This document shows, piece after piece, positions 43,286 through 53,150 of a stretch of 64,000 nucleotides of DNA. A program made the translations under genes and the position numbers. Location of the stretch: positions 32,001-96,000 of the forward strand of contig CAVYBU010000019.1 in assembly GCA_963766735.1 (NCBI GenBank), written 5' to 3'. A model generated the notes under the pieces. That model had not been told where the DNA came from. It worked only from the letters and a program-made list of their open reading frames with translations, and made no database searches. Source of the stretch: an uncultured Chloroflexia bacterium (GTDB lineage: Bacteria; Chloroflexota; Limnocylindria; Limnocylindrales; CSP1-4). Position 1 is the stretch's first letter, and each line of letters begins with the position of its first letter.

Positions 43286-44524
43286 ATGAAGGTCGTCGTC
43301 GTCGGAGCAGGGATCATCGGTCTGGCGACCGCGTACAACCTCGCGCGGCGTGGCTGCGAGGTGGTGATCGTCGCGGACCGGGCGCCCGGCAGCGGCGCCT
43401 CGTCCAACAACGCGGGCTGGGTCGTCCCGGCCGAGAGCGGACCCGTTCCCGGGCCGGGGATCATCCTCCAGACGATCCGCTCGATGACGAAGCCGGACAG
43501 CCCCGTCTACGTCCGGCCGGCGGCGAGCCCGGGCTTCATCCGCTTCATGGCCGGCATGCTCCGCGCCTGCAACGCATCTGCGTACCAGCGGGCGTTCGAG
43601 GCGACCGCCCGGCTCGCGCAGGGGACCATGGAGGAGCTCGACGGGTGGGCCGCGGACGGCCTGTCGTTCGAGATGCACGCCGACGGCGAGGTGCGGGCCT
43701 ATCTCGATCCCGAGGTGCACCGCCACGAAGCGGCCGATCTGCCCGCCTACGAGCGCGCCGGGTTCGAGGCCGCCTCCCTCACCGGCGACGAGGCTCGCAC
43801 GCTGGAACCGGAGCTGTCCGATGCCGTCGTGGGCGCGATCCGGTTCCCGAACGAGCGCCACGTCCGCCCGGCGACGGTCGTTGACGCGCTCGTGGCCCGG
43901 CTCGATGCCCTGGGTGCCTCGTGGATGAACGGGACCGTGACCGCGGCATGGGCGCTGCCCTCGGGCGGCGTGGAGCTGCGCGGCGGCTTTGGCACGATGC
44001 GAGCGGACGCTGTCGTCGTCGCCGCTGGCGCCTGGAGCGCGCGTGTCGCCCGCCTGTTCGGAGCGTCGCTCCCGGTCCGCCCGGGCAAGGGCTACAGCGT
44101 CGACTACGTCCCGGGCCAGCTCGCGACGCGGTCCATCGTGATGCTTTCGGAGGCTCACTGCGCCGTCACCCCGCTGAACGGCGCGACGCGCGTCGCCGGC
44201 ACCATGGAGTTCGGCGGGCTGGACGAGCGGATCTCGGCGGTCCGTCTCCGCGCGATCCGTCGGGCGCCGGGCGACTACTTCCGCGGCTGGGATCCGGACG
44301 CGCCGACGCAGGCTCCCAGCGCCGGCCTGCGCCCGATGACACCCGACGGGATACCGGTCATCGGGCGCCTGCGGCCGTTCGATCACGTCTACGTGGCGAG
44401 CGGACACGCCATGCTCGGACTGACGCTTGCCCCGCGGACCGGCGCCCTGCTGGCCGGAATGATCCTGGACGGCGGCACCCCGGACGTGCTGCTCCCGTTC
44501 AGCCCTCGCCGGTTCGGAGCCTGA
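43286..44524 (+). CDS. D-amino acid dehydrogenase-like FAD oxidoreductase (DadA family)
   Basis: VVVVGAGIIG, ASSNNAG, PGKGYS, AGTMEF, GLRPMTPDG, GHAMLGLT. Confidence 0.88.
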   Translation: MKVVVVGAGIIGLATAYNLARRGCEVVIVADRAPGSGASSNNAGWVVPAESGPVPGPGIILQTIRSMTKPDSPVYVRPAASPGFIRFMAGMLRACNASAYQRAFEATARLAQGTMEELDGWAADGLSFEMHADGEVRAYLDPEVHRHEAADLPAYERAGFEAASLTGDEARTLEPELSDAVVGAIRFPNERHVRPATVVDALVARLDALGASWMNGTVTAAWALPSGGVELRGGFGTMRADAVVVAAGAWSARVARLFGASLPVRPGKGYSVDYVPGQLATRSIVMLSEAHCAVTPLNGATRVAGTMEFGGLDERISAVRLRAIRRAPGDYFRGWDPDAPTQAPSAGLRPMTPDGIPVIGRLRPFDHVYVASGHAMLGLTLAPRTGALLAGMILDGGTPDVLLPFSPRRFGA

Positions 44525-45596
44525 CCCCCGGGCGAATCCGGCGCCTCGCCACCAGGTCGATCAGGCGGCCTTGGCGGCCTCGGTGGCCTTGGCCTCCCAC
44601 CTCGACTGGAGCCTGCGCCCCGATCTTCCGGACCCCGCCCGCGAACCCGCCCGGCGCGAAGATCATCACGATGATCAGGAGCAGGCCGTACAGCACGAGG
44701 TGGAGTCCTGGCAGGTTCGAGAACTGCGTGCGCAGGAGCTCGACCGCGATCGTCAGCGGGAAGGCGATGATCGCCGGCCCCCACAGGCTGCCGCGCCCGC
44801 CGATGTAGGCGACGGCAAGCACCTCGACCGTGTGCGAGGTGAGCATGATGTCCGGCGTGAGGATGCCGTAGTAGTGGGCGTAGAAGCCGCCCAGCCAGCC
44901 GGCGAACGCACACGAGAGCGTGAAGTTGATGACCAGGAAGCGAGTGGGGTTGATGCCCGAGGCGCGCGCGGACTGGAGGTTCTGCCCGATCGCCCTGAAG
45001 GCCAGCCCGAGGTCGGAACGGATGGCGACGGTGAGCACCGCGATCGTCACGAGCAGCATGCCCAGGATCACGTAGTAGTAGGGCAGGTTGTCCGACGTGT
45101 CGAGGAGCAGGGGCACGTTGAGTCCCAGCGATCCGCGGGTGATCTCGGTCAGGTTCCGGGCGAGGCCCATCAGCGCCAGGCCCACGAACCAGGTCATGAC
45201 CGCCGCGTAGATGCCCCGCAGCCGGAGCGTGAGCATGCCCGTGAGCAGGCCGACGAACCCGGCGATCGCGGCACCGGCGAAGAAGCCGATCCAGGGCGAG
45301 ATCCCCAGATTTGCCGCGAGCAGGCCCGAGATATAGGCGCCGACGCCGACGAAGGCAGCGAAGCCGAAGTTCACGATGTTGATGTAGCCGGCCGTGAAGT
45401 CGAAGGCGACGGCCATGGCCGCCATGAACGCAGCCCCGATGAGCCATCGCTGGTACGCCTGGTCGTTGAACGGCGGGATCAGCGGCAGCGCGACGGCGAC
45501 GGCGACCACCGCGAGCGACGCGAGGCGGGACGTCCTGCGTGCACGCGCGCGGACCTGGTTGGAGACGGCCGCCGTGGTGGCGGCTTCAGTGGCCAC
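44499..45596 (-). CDS. Branched-chain amino acid-type ABC permease (LivM-like)
   Basis: LRLRGIY, AIGQN..SARASGIN, GGRGSLWGP. 3' end overlaps the DadA-like gene. Confidence 0.88.
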   Translation of the reverse strand: MATEAATTAAVSNQVRARARRTSRLASLAVVAVAVALPLIPPFNDQAYQRWLIGAAFMAAMAVAFDFTAGYINIVNFGFAAFVGVGAYISGLLAANLGISPWIGFFAGAAIAGFVGLLTGMLTLRLRGIYAAVMTWFVGLALMGLARNLTEITRGSLGLNVPLLLDTSDNLPYYYVILGMLLVTIAVLTVAIRSDLGLAFRAIGQNLQSARASGINPTRFLVINFTLSCAFAGWLGGFYAHYYGILTPDIMLTSHTVEVLAVAYIGGRGSLWGPAIIAFPLTIAVELLRTQFSNLPGLHLVLYGLLLIIVMIFAPGGFAGGVRKIGAQAPVEVGGQGHRGRQGRLIDLVARRRIRPGVRLRTGEG

Positions 45597-46633
45597 TACT
45601 GCTCCCAGACTCCTTTCACCTCGCTGCCGAACAGCCCCGACGGCTTGAACAGCAGGATGAGGATGATGAACGCGGTCGGCAGGACGTCCACCCAGCCGAT
45701 GCCGACGTAGTACACGGTGAGAGTCTGGAGGAGCGCCACGATGAACGCTCCGATGATCGCGCCCTGGACATTGCCGAGGCCGGCCAGGATCACGACGTAC
45801 CAGGCGAGATACAGCGGCTGGACGCCGACGTCGGGGAACGACGGGTACATGAACAGCAGCACCGCGCCGGCGAGGGCCGCGAGAGCGCAGGAGACACCCA
45901 TCGTGAGCACGAAGATGCTGTTGAGGTCGATGCCGGCCATCTGGGCGCCGGTCTCATCCTGGGCCACGGCCCGCATGGCCCGCCCGGTCCGCGTCCGCTG
46001 GAGGAACACTGCGAACATGGCGATCGTGACCATGGCGATCACGAACACCATCCCCCGGTCGACGGAGACCCCCACGCCGAGGATCTCCATCGGCGGCACG
46101 TCCCAGTAGGCCCTGATCCCGCGGAAATCGTTGCCGAACAGCAGCCGGTTGCCGTTGACCAGGATGACCGAGATGCCGGCCGTGAGCAGGAACACGTTCA
46201 TCACCCACTGCTCGCTCGCTCGCCGGCGTAGGGCCCGGAACAGGACGACCTCGAGGAACACGCCGATGAGGAAGCCGATCACGACCGCGGCGAGGATGCC
46301 CGGGAACGGACCAAACACCTTGAGGACCGTGTTGTCCGGGTTGTCGCGGATCGCCGTCTGAATCGGGCCGAAGACCGTGACCGCCACCAGCGACCCGATC
46401 ATGAAGAACTCGCCGTGGGCGAAGTTGGGGAGGTTCATCACCCCGAACACCAGCGCCAGGCCGCCGGCCATCAGGGCCCACATCCCGCCGGTGATCAGCG
46501 TGTCGACGAGGATCGAAGGCTTGAAGATCGCGGACCAGACCAGCACCAGCGCGACGATGCCGATCACGAGCCACGTGAATGACAGGAACCGCCTGGCGAA
46601 CGGGACGGCACGGAGGTTGGTAGCGGTCGTCAT
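45596..46633 (-). CDS. Branched-chain amino acid-type ABC permease (LivH-like)
   Basis: GLALVFGVM..NFAHGEF, GRAMRAVAQD, GLGNVQGA. Confidence 0.9.
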   Translation of the reverse strand: MTTATNLRAVPFARRFLSFTWLVIGIVALVLVWSAIFKPSILVDTLITGGMWALMAGGLALVFGVMNLPNFAHGEFFMIGSLVAVTVFGPIQTAIRDNPDNTVLKVFGPFPGILAAVVIGFLIGVFLEVVLFRALRRRASEQWVMNVFLLTAGISVILVNGNRLLFGNDFRGIRAYWDVPPMEILGVGVSVDRGMVFVIAMVTIAMFAVFLQRTRTGRAMRAVAQDETGAQMAGIDLNSIFVLTMGVSCALAALAGAVLLFMYPSFPDVGVQPLYLAWYVVILAGLGNVQGAIIGAFIVALLQTLTVYYVGIGWVDVLPTAFIILILLFKPSGLFGSEVKGVWEQ

Positions 46634-46640
46634 GGCTCGC

Positions 46641-47345
46641 TCAGATCCCCAGGTAGGCTTCCTGGACGTGGCTGTCGCCGAGCAGCTGCTCGCCCGTCCC
46701 CTCGAGGACGATCTTGCCCTGCTCGAGGACGTAGGCCCGGTCCACCAGGCGGAGCGTCGTGTTCACGTTCTGCTCGACGAGCAGGATCGTCACGCCGCGT
46801 GCGTGCAGCGCCTTGAGCGCTTCGAACGTGGTGAGCGTGGCCATCGGGGCCAGGCCCAGCGACGGCTCGTCCACGAGGAGCAGCGAGGGCGACGGCATCA
46901 GGCCCCGCCCGATGGCGAGCATCTTCCGCTCGCCGCCCGACAGGGTCCCGGCCAGCTGGTCGCGCCGCTCCAGGAGCCTCGGGAACAGCTCGAACACGAG
47001 GTCCATCGTGGACGCGATCTGCGCCTTGTCCTTGACCGCATACCCGCCCACGAGCAGGTTCTCGTACACGGACATCGCCGGGAACAGGTTGAGGTTCTCC
47101 GACACGTAGCCGACCCCGATGGTGCTCACCCGGTGGGGGAGGACGCCGTCGAGCCGCTCGCCGCGGAACGTGACCGAGCCCCGGATCGGCCGCAGGAAGC
47201 CTGCGATCGTTCGCAGCGTGGTCGTCTTGCCCGCCCCGTTCGGCCCGAGCAGAGCGACGAACTCGCCCTCCTCGACGTGGAGGTCAACCCCCCACAGCAC
47301 CTGCAGGAGATCGTAGCCAGCTTCGACGCCGGTGAGTTGGAGCAC
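46641..47345 (-). CDS. ABC ATP-binding subunit (LivF-like)
   Basis: GPNGAGKTT, LSGGERKM, DEPSLGLAP, LVEQN. Confidence 0.92.
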   Translation of the reverse strand: MLQLTGVEAGYDLLQVLWGVDLHVEEGEFVALLGPNGAGKTTTLRTIAGFLRPIRGSVTFRGERLDGVLPHRVSTIGVGYVSENLNLFPAMSVYENLLVGGYAVKDKAQIASTMDLVFELFPRLLERRDQLAGTLSGGERKMLAIGRGLMPSPSLLLVDEPSLGLAPMATLTTFEALKALHARGVTILLVEQNVNTTLRLVDRAYVLEQGKIVLEGTGEQLLGDSHVQEAYLGI

Positions 47346-47360
47346 CCTTCCCTCCGGGAC

Positions 47361-48089
47361 TCAGAGAATGTAGTCAGTGCCGAGATAGGCCTCGCGGACC
47401 CGCTCGTCCTGGGCGACGGTCTTCGCATCCCCGTGGGCGATCAGCTTCCCGTACTGGAGCACGGAGAGGCGACCGCACAGGTCGAGGATGAGCCGCATCA
47501 CGTGCTCGACCATCACGATCGTGGTGCCGTCGGCACGGATCCGGCGCAGCAGCACCGCGATGTCCGTGAGCTCACTGGGCGTCTGGCCCGCCGCGAACTC
47601 GTCGAGCAGCAGGAGCTTCGGCTTGCTGGCCAGCGCCCGCGCGAGGTCCAGCCGCTTGAGCTGGGACGCGTTGAGGTGCGAGGCAAGTGTTCCCACCGGC
47701 CTCGGGAACTCGACGTACTCGAGCATCCCCAGCGCCCGGGTCGCCACCTCGGCGTGGCGAATGTGCGGGTCGCCGAAGGTGGCCGCCACGACGACGTTCT
47801 CGAAGACGCTCATCCCGGGGAACGGCCGCGGGATCTGGAACGTCCGTCCGACACCCAGGCGGCACATGCGCTCGGCGGACGAGCCGGTCGTGTCGCGGCC
47901 GTCGAGCCGGATCGTGCCCCCGTTGGGGCTCGAGGCCCCCGCGAGACAGTTGAGCAGCGTGGACTTCCCGGCCCCGTTGGGGCCGATCAGCCCGAAGATC
48001 TCGCCCTCCTCGACGGAGAAGGTGACTTCATCGACCGCGGTCAGGCCGCCGAATTGCTTGGTAACGCCGGAGAGTTCGAGCAGCGCCAT
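47361..48089 (-). CDS. ABC ATP-binding subunit (LivG-like)
   Basis: FGGLTAV, GPNGAGKST, RTFQIPRPF, VEHVM, EAYLG. Confidence 0.92.
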   Translation of the reverse strand: MALLELSGVTKQFGGLTAVDEVTFSVEEGEIFGLIGPNGAGKSTLLNCLAGASSPNGGTIRLDGRDTTGSSAERMCRLGVGRTFQIPRPFPGMSVFENVVVAATFGDPHIRHAEVATRALGMLEYVEFPRPVGTLASHLNASQLKRLDLARALASKPKLLLLDEFAAGQTPSELTDIAVLLRRIRADGTTIVMVEHVMRLILDLCGRLSVLQYGKLIAHGDAKTVAQDERVREAYLGTDYIL

Positions 48090-48098
48090 CTGACTCTC

Positions 48099-48137
48099 AA
48101 ACGCGGGAGGGGGCCGGCGGAGCCGGCCCCCACTCGC
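48099..48137 (-). terminator. Stem-loop after the SBP gene (partial terminator or mRNA stabiliser)
   Basis: gcgagtgggggccggc-tcc-gccggccccctcccgc followed by gttt on the minus strand. Confidence 0.55.
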
Positions 48138-48143
48138 TTGCTG

Positions 48144-49490
48144 CTAGGGCTTGCTCTGGAGGGTGCCGCTCGCGACCTCCTCGGGCCAGACCACCGTCGA
48201 GTCGCCGCCCATGTACTGGAGGACCGGGAAGGTGAAGTGACCCTTGCCGACGATCGGGTCGGGGATCGTCTCCTGGGAGTAGTCGTAGTTCGACATGATG
48301 ATCCCGTCGGTGTACGTCAGCTGGCCGGTCCAGACCTTCTCCTGGGCGACCTTGTACAGCGACGCGCTCGAGATCTCGCACGAGTCGGCGAGCGCCGTCT
48401 CAGCGATCTTCATGAAGTAGTTGGCGTAGTCGTAGGACAGGCCGGCCGATGACGGGCTCGGCTTGCTCCCGTACTTGGCCTCGTAGTCCGCCGCGTACTG
48501 CTTGGCCGCTTCCGAGGCGAACTGCGGGATCTGGTCCACGACGTAGTCCGAGGCCGACCCGCTCAGGTCGTACCAGTTGCCGATCCAGCCGAGGCCGTCG
48601 GCCACGACCAGGGACTTGACGCCGCTGTCGGAGATCGCCTTGAGGAATGCCGAGAGCGAGTTGGCGAAGGTCGTCGTGCCCGCGATCAGGGGCACGTTGT
48701 CGGACTTGTAGCGCGAGACCAGGGCCGAGAAGTCCGTCTGGTCCTTGGCGAAGTAATCCTCGTAGAGGACGGTCCAGCCGGTGGCTTCGAGCTGGGTCTT
48801 GAGGCCCAGGGCCAGCGAGCGGCCCCAGTCGGTGTCCTCGCCGAACAGGGCGACCTTCTGCTCGGCCGGGCTGTAGCTGCCGGCCGCGATCGCGTCCTGG
48901 ATCGCCTGGACGTAGCCGACGGTGAGCTTCTCGGGGGTCGGCCAGCCCTTGGAGGTCCAGTACCCGTACTTCGCCGGGTCACCCTGGAACTTCTCGTCGA
49001 TGGTGTTCGCCGCACCCAGCGCGAAGAAGTGCGGGATCTGGTACTTCGCGGTGACCTCCATCTGGGCGACCGCGACCGAGCTGTGCCAGCCGAGGAGGCC
49101 GGCCACGATCTTGTCGGATGACGCAGCCTGCTCATAGGCGGCCGCGCCCTTGGCGGGATCGGACTGGTCGTCGATGTAGACGGGCTCGACCGTGTACGGG
49201 CCGATCTTCCAGCCGACGGCTTCGAACGCCATTCCGATGCCGTTCTTGATCTCCTCGCCGGTCAAGGCGTTCGCGCCCGTGAACGGACCGGAGATGCCGA
49301 GCTTGATCGTCGCGGGGGCGGGCTCCGTGCAGCCGGTCGAGCCCGAAGCGTCGGGGGCAGTAGACGCTGCCGCGGTGGCCGCAGGTGCGGGCGTTGCGGG
49401 TGCGCTGGTTGCGGCGCTGCCGCCGCAGGCTGCGACCGCGAATACGACCGCAGCGGCGAACCCGAGGCGTCGTCGGATATCACTGGTCAT
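48144..49490 (-). CDS. Liv-type (PBP type 1) ABC substrate-binding lipoprotein
   Basis: Lipobox VAAC, Ala/Pro linker, IKLGISGPFTG, DDQSDP, DTDWGRS, DFSAL. Confidence 0.88.
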   Translation of the reverse strand: MTSDIRRRLGFAAAVVFAVAACGGSAATSAPATPAPAATAAASTAPDASGSTGCTEPAPATIKLGISGPFTGANALTGEEIKNGIGMAFEAVGWKIGPYTVEPVYIDDQSDPAKGAAAYEQAASSDKIVAGLLGWHSSVAVAQMEVTAKYQIPHFFALGAANTIDEKFQGDPAKYGYWTSKGWPTPEKLTVGYVQAIQDAIAAGSYSPAEQKVALFGEDTDWGRSLALGLKTQLEATGWTVLYEDYFAKDQTDFSALVSRYKSDNVPLIAGTTTFANSLSAFLKAISDSGVKSLVVADGLGWIGNWYDLSGSASDYVVDQIPQFASEAAKQYAADYEAKYGSKPSPSSAGLSYDYANYFMKIAETALADSCEISSASLYKVAQEKVWTGQLTYTDGIIMSNYDYSQETIPDPIVGKGHFTFPVLQYMGGDSTVVWPEEVASGTLQSKP

Positions 49491-49816
49491 GAACGTGCTC
49501 CTCCTCCTGGACCATGCCGTGCCTCATTGCCGGCATGGTCCCCTTGTCTCCGCGCCTGCCGCTGCTTCCGCACCGGCCGTCATGTGTGGGGACGCACTGC
49601 TTCATCCACCACCCGCTCCCTCGGGGGCCACAAGTCATAATGATGTATTACGAACGGAATGCTAGGATGAAGGCAGGATAGTAGGCTCGTCAAGCCACCG
49701 TTTGCCCGGCCGGCACGTCGCGCTGCTGCAGTCCGGGGGTGGGTGGCATCGCTGCCGCGATCGGATCGGCGGACGGGCAGAGCGTGCCAGAAGGTCGGGA
49801 AGGGGACTGCAGAGCA

Positions 49817-50467
49817 GTGGGCGGCCGAGGGGCGAACAACGAAGCGCTGCGGACGGCGCAGAGGGAGCGGATCCTCGCCGCAGCCGAGCGGCTGCTGGTC
49901 ACGCACGGCGTGGAGAAGAGTCGCCTTCGCGACGTCAGCGAGGCGGCCGGTGTCTCGGTTGGGACGGTCCAGCACTACTTCGACACCCGGGACCGCCTCA
50001 TCGCCGAGCTGTTCGACTGGTCGTCTGAGCGCCGTCTCAGGACGTGGCTGGATGCGACGCCGAAGGTTGGCGACCCGTGGTCGCGCCTCACGTCGCTGCT
50101 GGCTGCCTCACTCCCCGAGCCGCTCCTGTGGCGCAGCCGAATCTGGATCGAGTTCTGCGCCATGGCGCGCGACGATGAGCTCCGGGCGAAGCTGGACCAC
50201 CACTACGAGGCGTGGCGCCCGCCGTTCCGGCAGGTGATCGAGGACGGGATCGAGGCCGGCGTGTTCCGTCCGATCTGGCCCGTCGCCGACATCGTGGACC
50301 TGTTCATCATCTTCGTCGACGGGGCGTCGGTCGGGGTCTCGCTGGCAGCACCGGGGGTGACACCTGAACAGCTCCACCGGCTGCTCCTGGAGACGGCCCG
50401 GGTGACGCTCGGCGTCGACGTGGCCGTGGCCGGCGGCACTCCGCAGGCCGAACTGCAACACGCATGA
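49817..50467 (+). CDS. TetR family regulator (BetI-like C-terminal domain)
   Basis: RERILAAA...LRDVSEAAGVSVGTVQHYF HTH, W.EF motif. Start uncertain (49739-49817). Confidence 0.88.
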   Translation: MGGRGANNEALRTAQRERILAAAERLLVTHGVEKSRLRDVSEAAGVSVGTVQHYFDTRDRLIAELFDWSSERRLRTWLDATPKVGDPWSRLTSLLAASLPEPLLWRSRIWIEFCAMARDDELRAKLDHHYEAWRPPFRQVIEDGIEAGVFRPIWPVADIVDLFIIFVDGASVGVSLAAPGVTPEQLHRLLLETARVTLGVDVAVAGGTPQAELQHA

Positions 50468-50527
50468 CACGTCCGAGCGACCACTAGGCGACCCTGCACC
50501 GGTGGATCACGGCCGGTTCCGGGGGGG

Positions 50528-50557
50528 TATTGCATCGTAATAATATGGTGTTACCAT
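50528..50557 (+). promoter_or_regulatory. sigma70-type promoter (TTGCAT-16 nt-TACCAT with TG extension) overlapped by an imperfect palindrome TATTGCA-T-CGTAATA
   Basis: AT-rich patch in >70% GC DNA upstream of the GcvT-etf operon. Half-site shared with 49646-49661. Confidence 0.55.
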
Positions 50558-50615
50558 CCCGCCACTCGGGGCCGAGCCCCCTTGGTGTCGATGACAGGAG
50601 GAGGAGTCGATCGCC

Positions 50616-53105
50616 ATGCTGAACGCTTCGTCCGACCGTGCCGGGGACGCTACGCCCGGGCGTGAGTTCCCGACCCAGGCCCGCGTGGTCGTCATCGGTG
50701 GCGGCATCGTCGGCGCGAGCGTCGCCTACCACCTCACCGAGCGCGGCTGGAACGACGTCGTCCTCCTGGAGCGCAAGCGGCTCACATCAGGAACCACGTG
50801 GCACGCCGCGGGGCTGGTGGGGCAGATCCGGGCCACGTACAACATGACCACGCTGGCGAAGTACGCGCTCGAGCTCATCGCCGAGATCGAGCGGCGGACC
50901 GGCATGGGAACGGGCTTCCGGCGCACCGGATCGGTCCTTCTCGCCACCACCGAGGGACGCCTCGAGGAGATCAAGCGCAACGTCTCGATGGGGCGCCTGA
51001 GCGGCGTCGAGGCCGAGATGATCGACCCTGCCCGGGCCGCCGAGCTGTTCCCGCCGCTGGACCCGGCCGAGGTGCTGGGTGCCGCCTGGATCCCCGGCGA
51101 CAGCGTCGCCAACCCGACGGACCTGACACAGGCCATCGCCAAGGCCGCCCGCATGGGCGGGGCGAAGATCTTCGAGCACACGAAGGTCACCGCCATCCAC
51201 GAGCGCGACGGCCACGTGACCGGCGTCTCGACGGATAAGGGCGAGATCGCCTGCGAGTACGTCGTCAACTGCACGGGCATGTGGGCGCGCGACCTGGCCG
51301 GCCAGAACGGCGTCGTGATCCCCAACCACGCCGCCGAGCACTTCTACCTGATCACCGAGGAGATCCCGGGCCTGGACCCGGATCTGCCGGTTCTCCGCTC
51401 GCCGGACGACACCGCGTACATCCGCGTGGACACGGGCAAGCTCATGGTCGGGTTCTTCGAGCCCGGCGCCAAGCCCTGGGCGACGCACGGCATCCCCGAG
51501 GACGCCGAGTTCGTGACCCTGCCCGAGGACTGGGACCACATCACGCCGTTCCTGGAGCGCGCCGCCCGGCGCGTGCCGGTCCTGGGCGAGGTCGGCTACC
51601 AGCTCCACTTCAACGGGCCCGAGAGCTTCACGCCGGACGACCGCTACGTCCTGGGCGAGGCGCCCGGTCACCGCGGCTACTTCGTCGCCGCCGGGTTCAA
51701 CTCGGTCGGCTTCGCGGGCGGCGGCGGCGCCGGCCGGGCGGTCGCGGACTGGCTGGTTGACGACCGGCCGCCGATGGACCTCTGGGAGGTGGACATCCGG
51801 CGGTTCATGCCGTTCCAGCGCAACCGACGGTATCTCTACGGCCGCACCACCGAGACGCTCGGCCTGCTGTACGACATGCACTGGCCGTTCCGCCAGTACG
51901 AGACGTCGCGCGGCATCCGCCGCTCGCCGCTCCATGACCGGCTCGTCGCCCGCAACGCGTGCTTCGGGGAGGTCGGTGGCTGGGAGCGGGCGAACTGGTA
52001 CGCGCCCGCTGGCGTCGAGCCGCGGTACGAGTACAGCTACGGGCGCCAGAACTGGTTCCCCTACTCCGCGGAGGAGCACCAGGCCGTCCGCGAGAACGTG
52101 GCGCTGTTCGACCAGACGTCGTTCGGCAAGATCCTCGTCCAGGGCCGCGACGCGGAGCGCGAGCTCGGCCGGATCTGCACGGCGGACATCGCCGTGGCAC
52201 CCGGGCGCATGGTCTACACGCAGTGGCTCAACGACCGCGGCGGCGTGGAGGCGGATGTCACCGTCTCCCGCCTGGCCGAGGACCGGTTCCTGGTCGTGAC
52301 CACCGGCAGCCAGACGATCCGCGACCTCGACCATCTGCGGCGCGCGATCGCGCCCGACGCACACGTCACCCTCGACGACGTCACCTCGGGCGAGGTGGTG
52401 ATCGCGATCATGGGCCCGCGCTCGCGGGAGCTGCTGGCGTCGATGTCGGATGCCGACCTCTCGAACGAGGCGTTCCCGTTCGGGACCGTGCGCGAGATCG
52501 ACCTCGGCCTCGCCTTCGCCCGGGCCGCCCGGACCACCTACGTGGGCGAGCTGGGCTGGGAGCTGTACGTCCCCACCGAGTTCGCGACCCACCTCTACGA
52601 CGCCATCGTGGAGGCGGGCGAGGCGTTCGGGCTGCGTCACGCCGGCTACCACGCGCTCAACTCGCTGCGGATGGAGAAGGCGTACCGCCACTGGGGCCAC
52701 GACATGAGCGACGAGGACACGCTCATCGAGGCCGGGCTCGGGTTCACGGCCGCCTGGGACAAGCCCGGCGGCTTCATCGGCCGGGAGGCACTCCTGGGCC
52801 AGCGCGAGACGGGTGTCGAACGGCGCCTCGCGGTGCTGACGCTGGACGATCCCGAGCCGCTCATGTACCACAACGAGCCGATCCTGCGCGACGGCGAGCT
52901 GGTCGGCCGGATCACCTCGGCGATGTTCGGGCACACCATCGGGCGCTCGATCGGGCTGGGCTATGTCCGGCGCCCCGATGGGATCGCGACCCCCGACTGG
53001 CTCGCGGCGGGGAGCTACGAGGTGGAGGTCGCCACCGATCTGATCCCGGCGACGGCGTCCTTCCGGGCGCCGTACGACCCCACGAATGCACGCATCAGGG
53101 CGTGA
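50616..53105 (+). CDS. GcvT-family FAD/THF dehydrogenase (sarcosine/dimethylglycine dehydrogenase-like)
   Basis: GGGIVG, SGTTWHAAG, NGPESFTPD, GWERANW, YVGELGWEL, SLRMEK. Confidence 0.9.
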   Translation: MLNASSDRAGDATPGREFPTQARVVVIGGGIVGASVAYHLTERGWNDVVLLERKRLTSGTTWHAAGLVGQIRATYNMTTLAKYALELIAEIERRTGMGTGFRRTGSVLLATTEGRLEEIKRNVSMGRLSGVEAEMIDPARAAELFPPLDPAEVLGAAWIPGDSVANPTDLTQAIAKAARMGGAKIFEHTKVTAIHERDGHVTGVSTDKGEIACEYVVNCTGMWARDLAGQNGVVIPNHAAEHFYLITEEIPGLDPDLPVLRSPDDTAYIRVDTGKLMVGFFEPGAKPWATHGIPEDAEFVTLPEDWDHITPFLERAARRVPVLGEVGYQLHFNGPESFTPDDRYVLGEAPGHRGYFVAAGFNSVGFAGGGGAGRAVADWLVDDRPPMDLWEVDIRRFMPFQRNRRYLYGRTTETLGLLYDMHWPFRQYETSRGIRRSPLHDRLVARNACFGEVGGWERANWYAPAGVEPRYEYSYGRQNWFPYSAEEHQAVRENVALFDQTSFGKILVQGRDAERELGRICTADIAVAPGRMVYTQWLNDRGGVEADVTVSRLAEDRFLVVTTGSQTIRDLDHLRRAIAPDAHVTLDDVTSGEVVIAIMGPRSRELLASMSDADLSNEAFPFGTVREIDLGLAFARAARTTYVGELGWELYVPTEFATHLYDAIVEAGEAFGLRHAGYHALNSLRMEKAYRHWGHDMSDEDTLIEAGLGFTAAWDKPGGFIGREALLGQRETGVERRLAVLTLDDPEPLMYHNEPILRDGELVGRITSAMFGHTIGRSIGLGYVRRPDGIATPDWLAAGSYEVEVATDLIPATASFRAPYDPTNARIRA

Positions 53106-53150
53106 GGCCACGAGCCCACGATCCCCTGTCTCGGAGGAGGAGCCCCAGCG

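Noticed and set aside
44499-44524. 26-bp convergent overlap of the DadA-like and LivM-like genes as an antisense control device
   Set aside because: Short 3' overlaps are common in GC-rich genomes, and the LivM tail is low-complexity.
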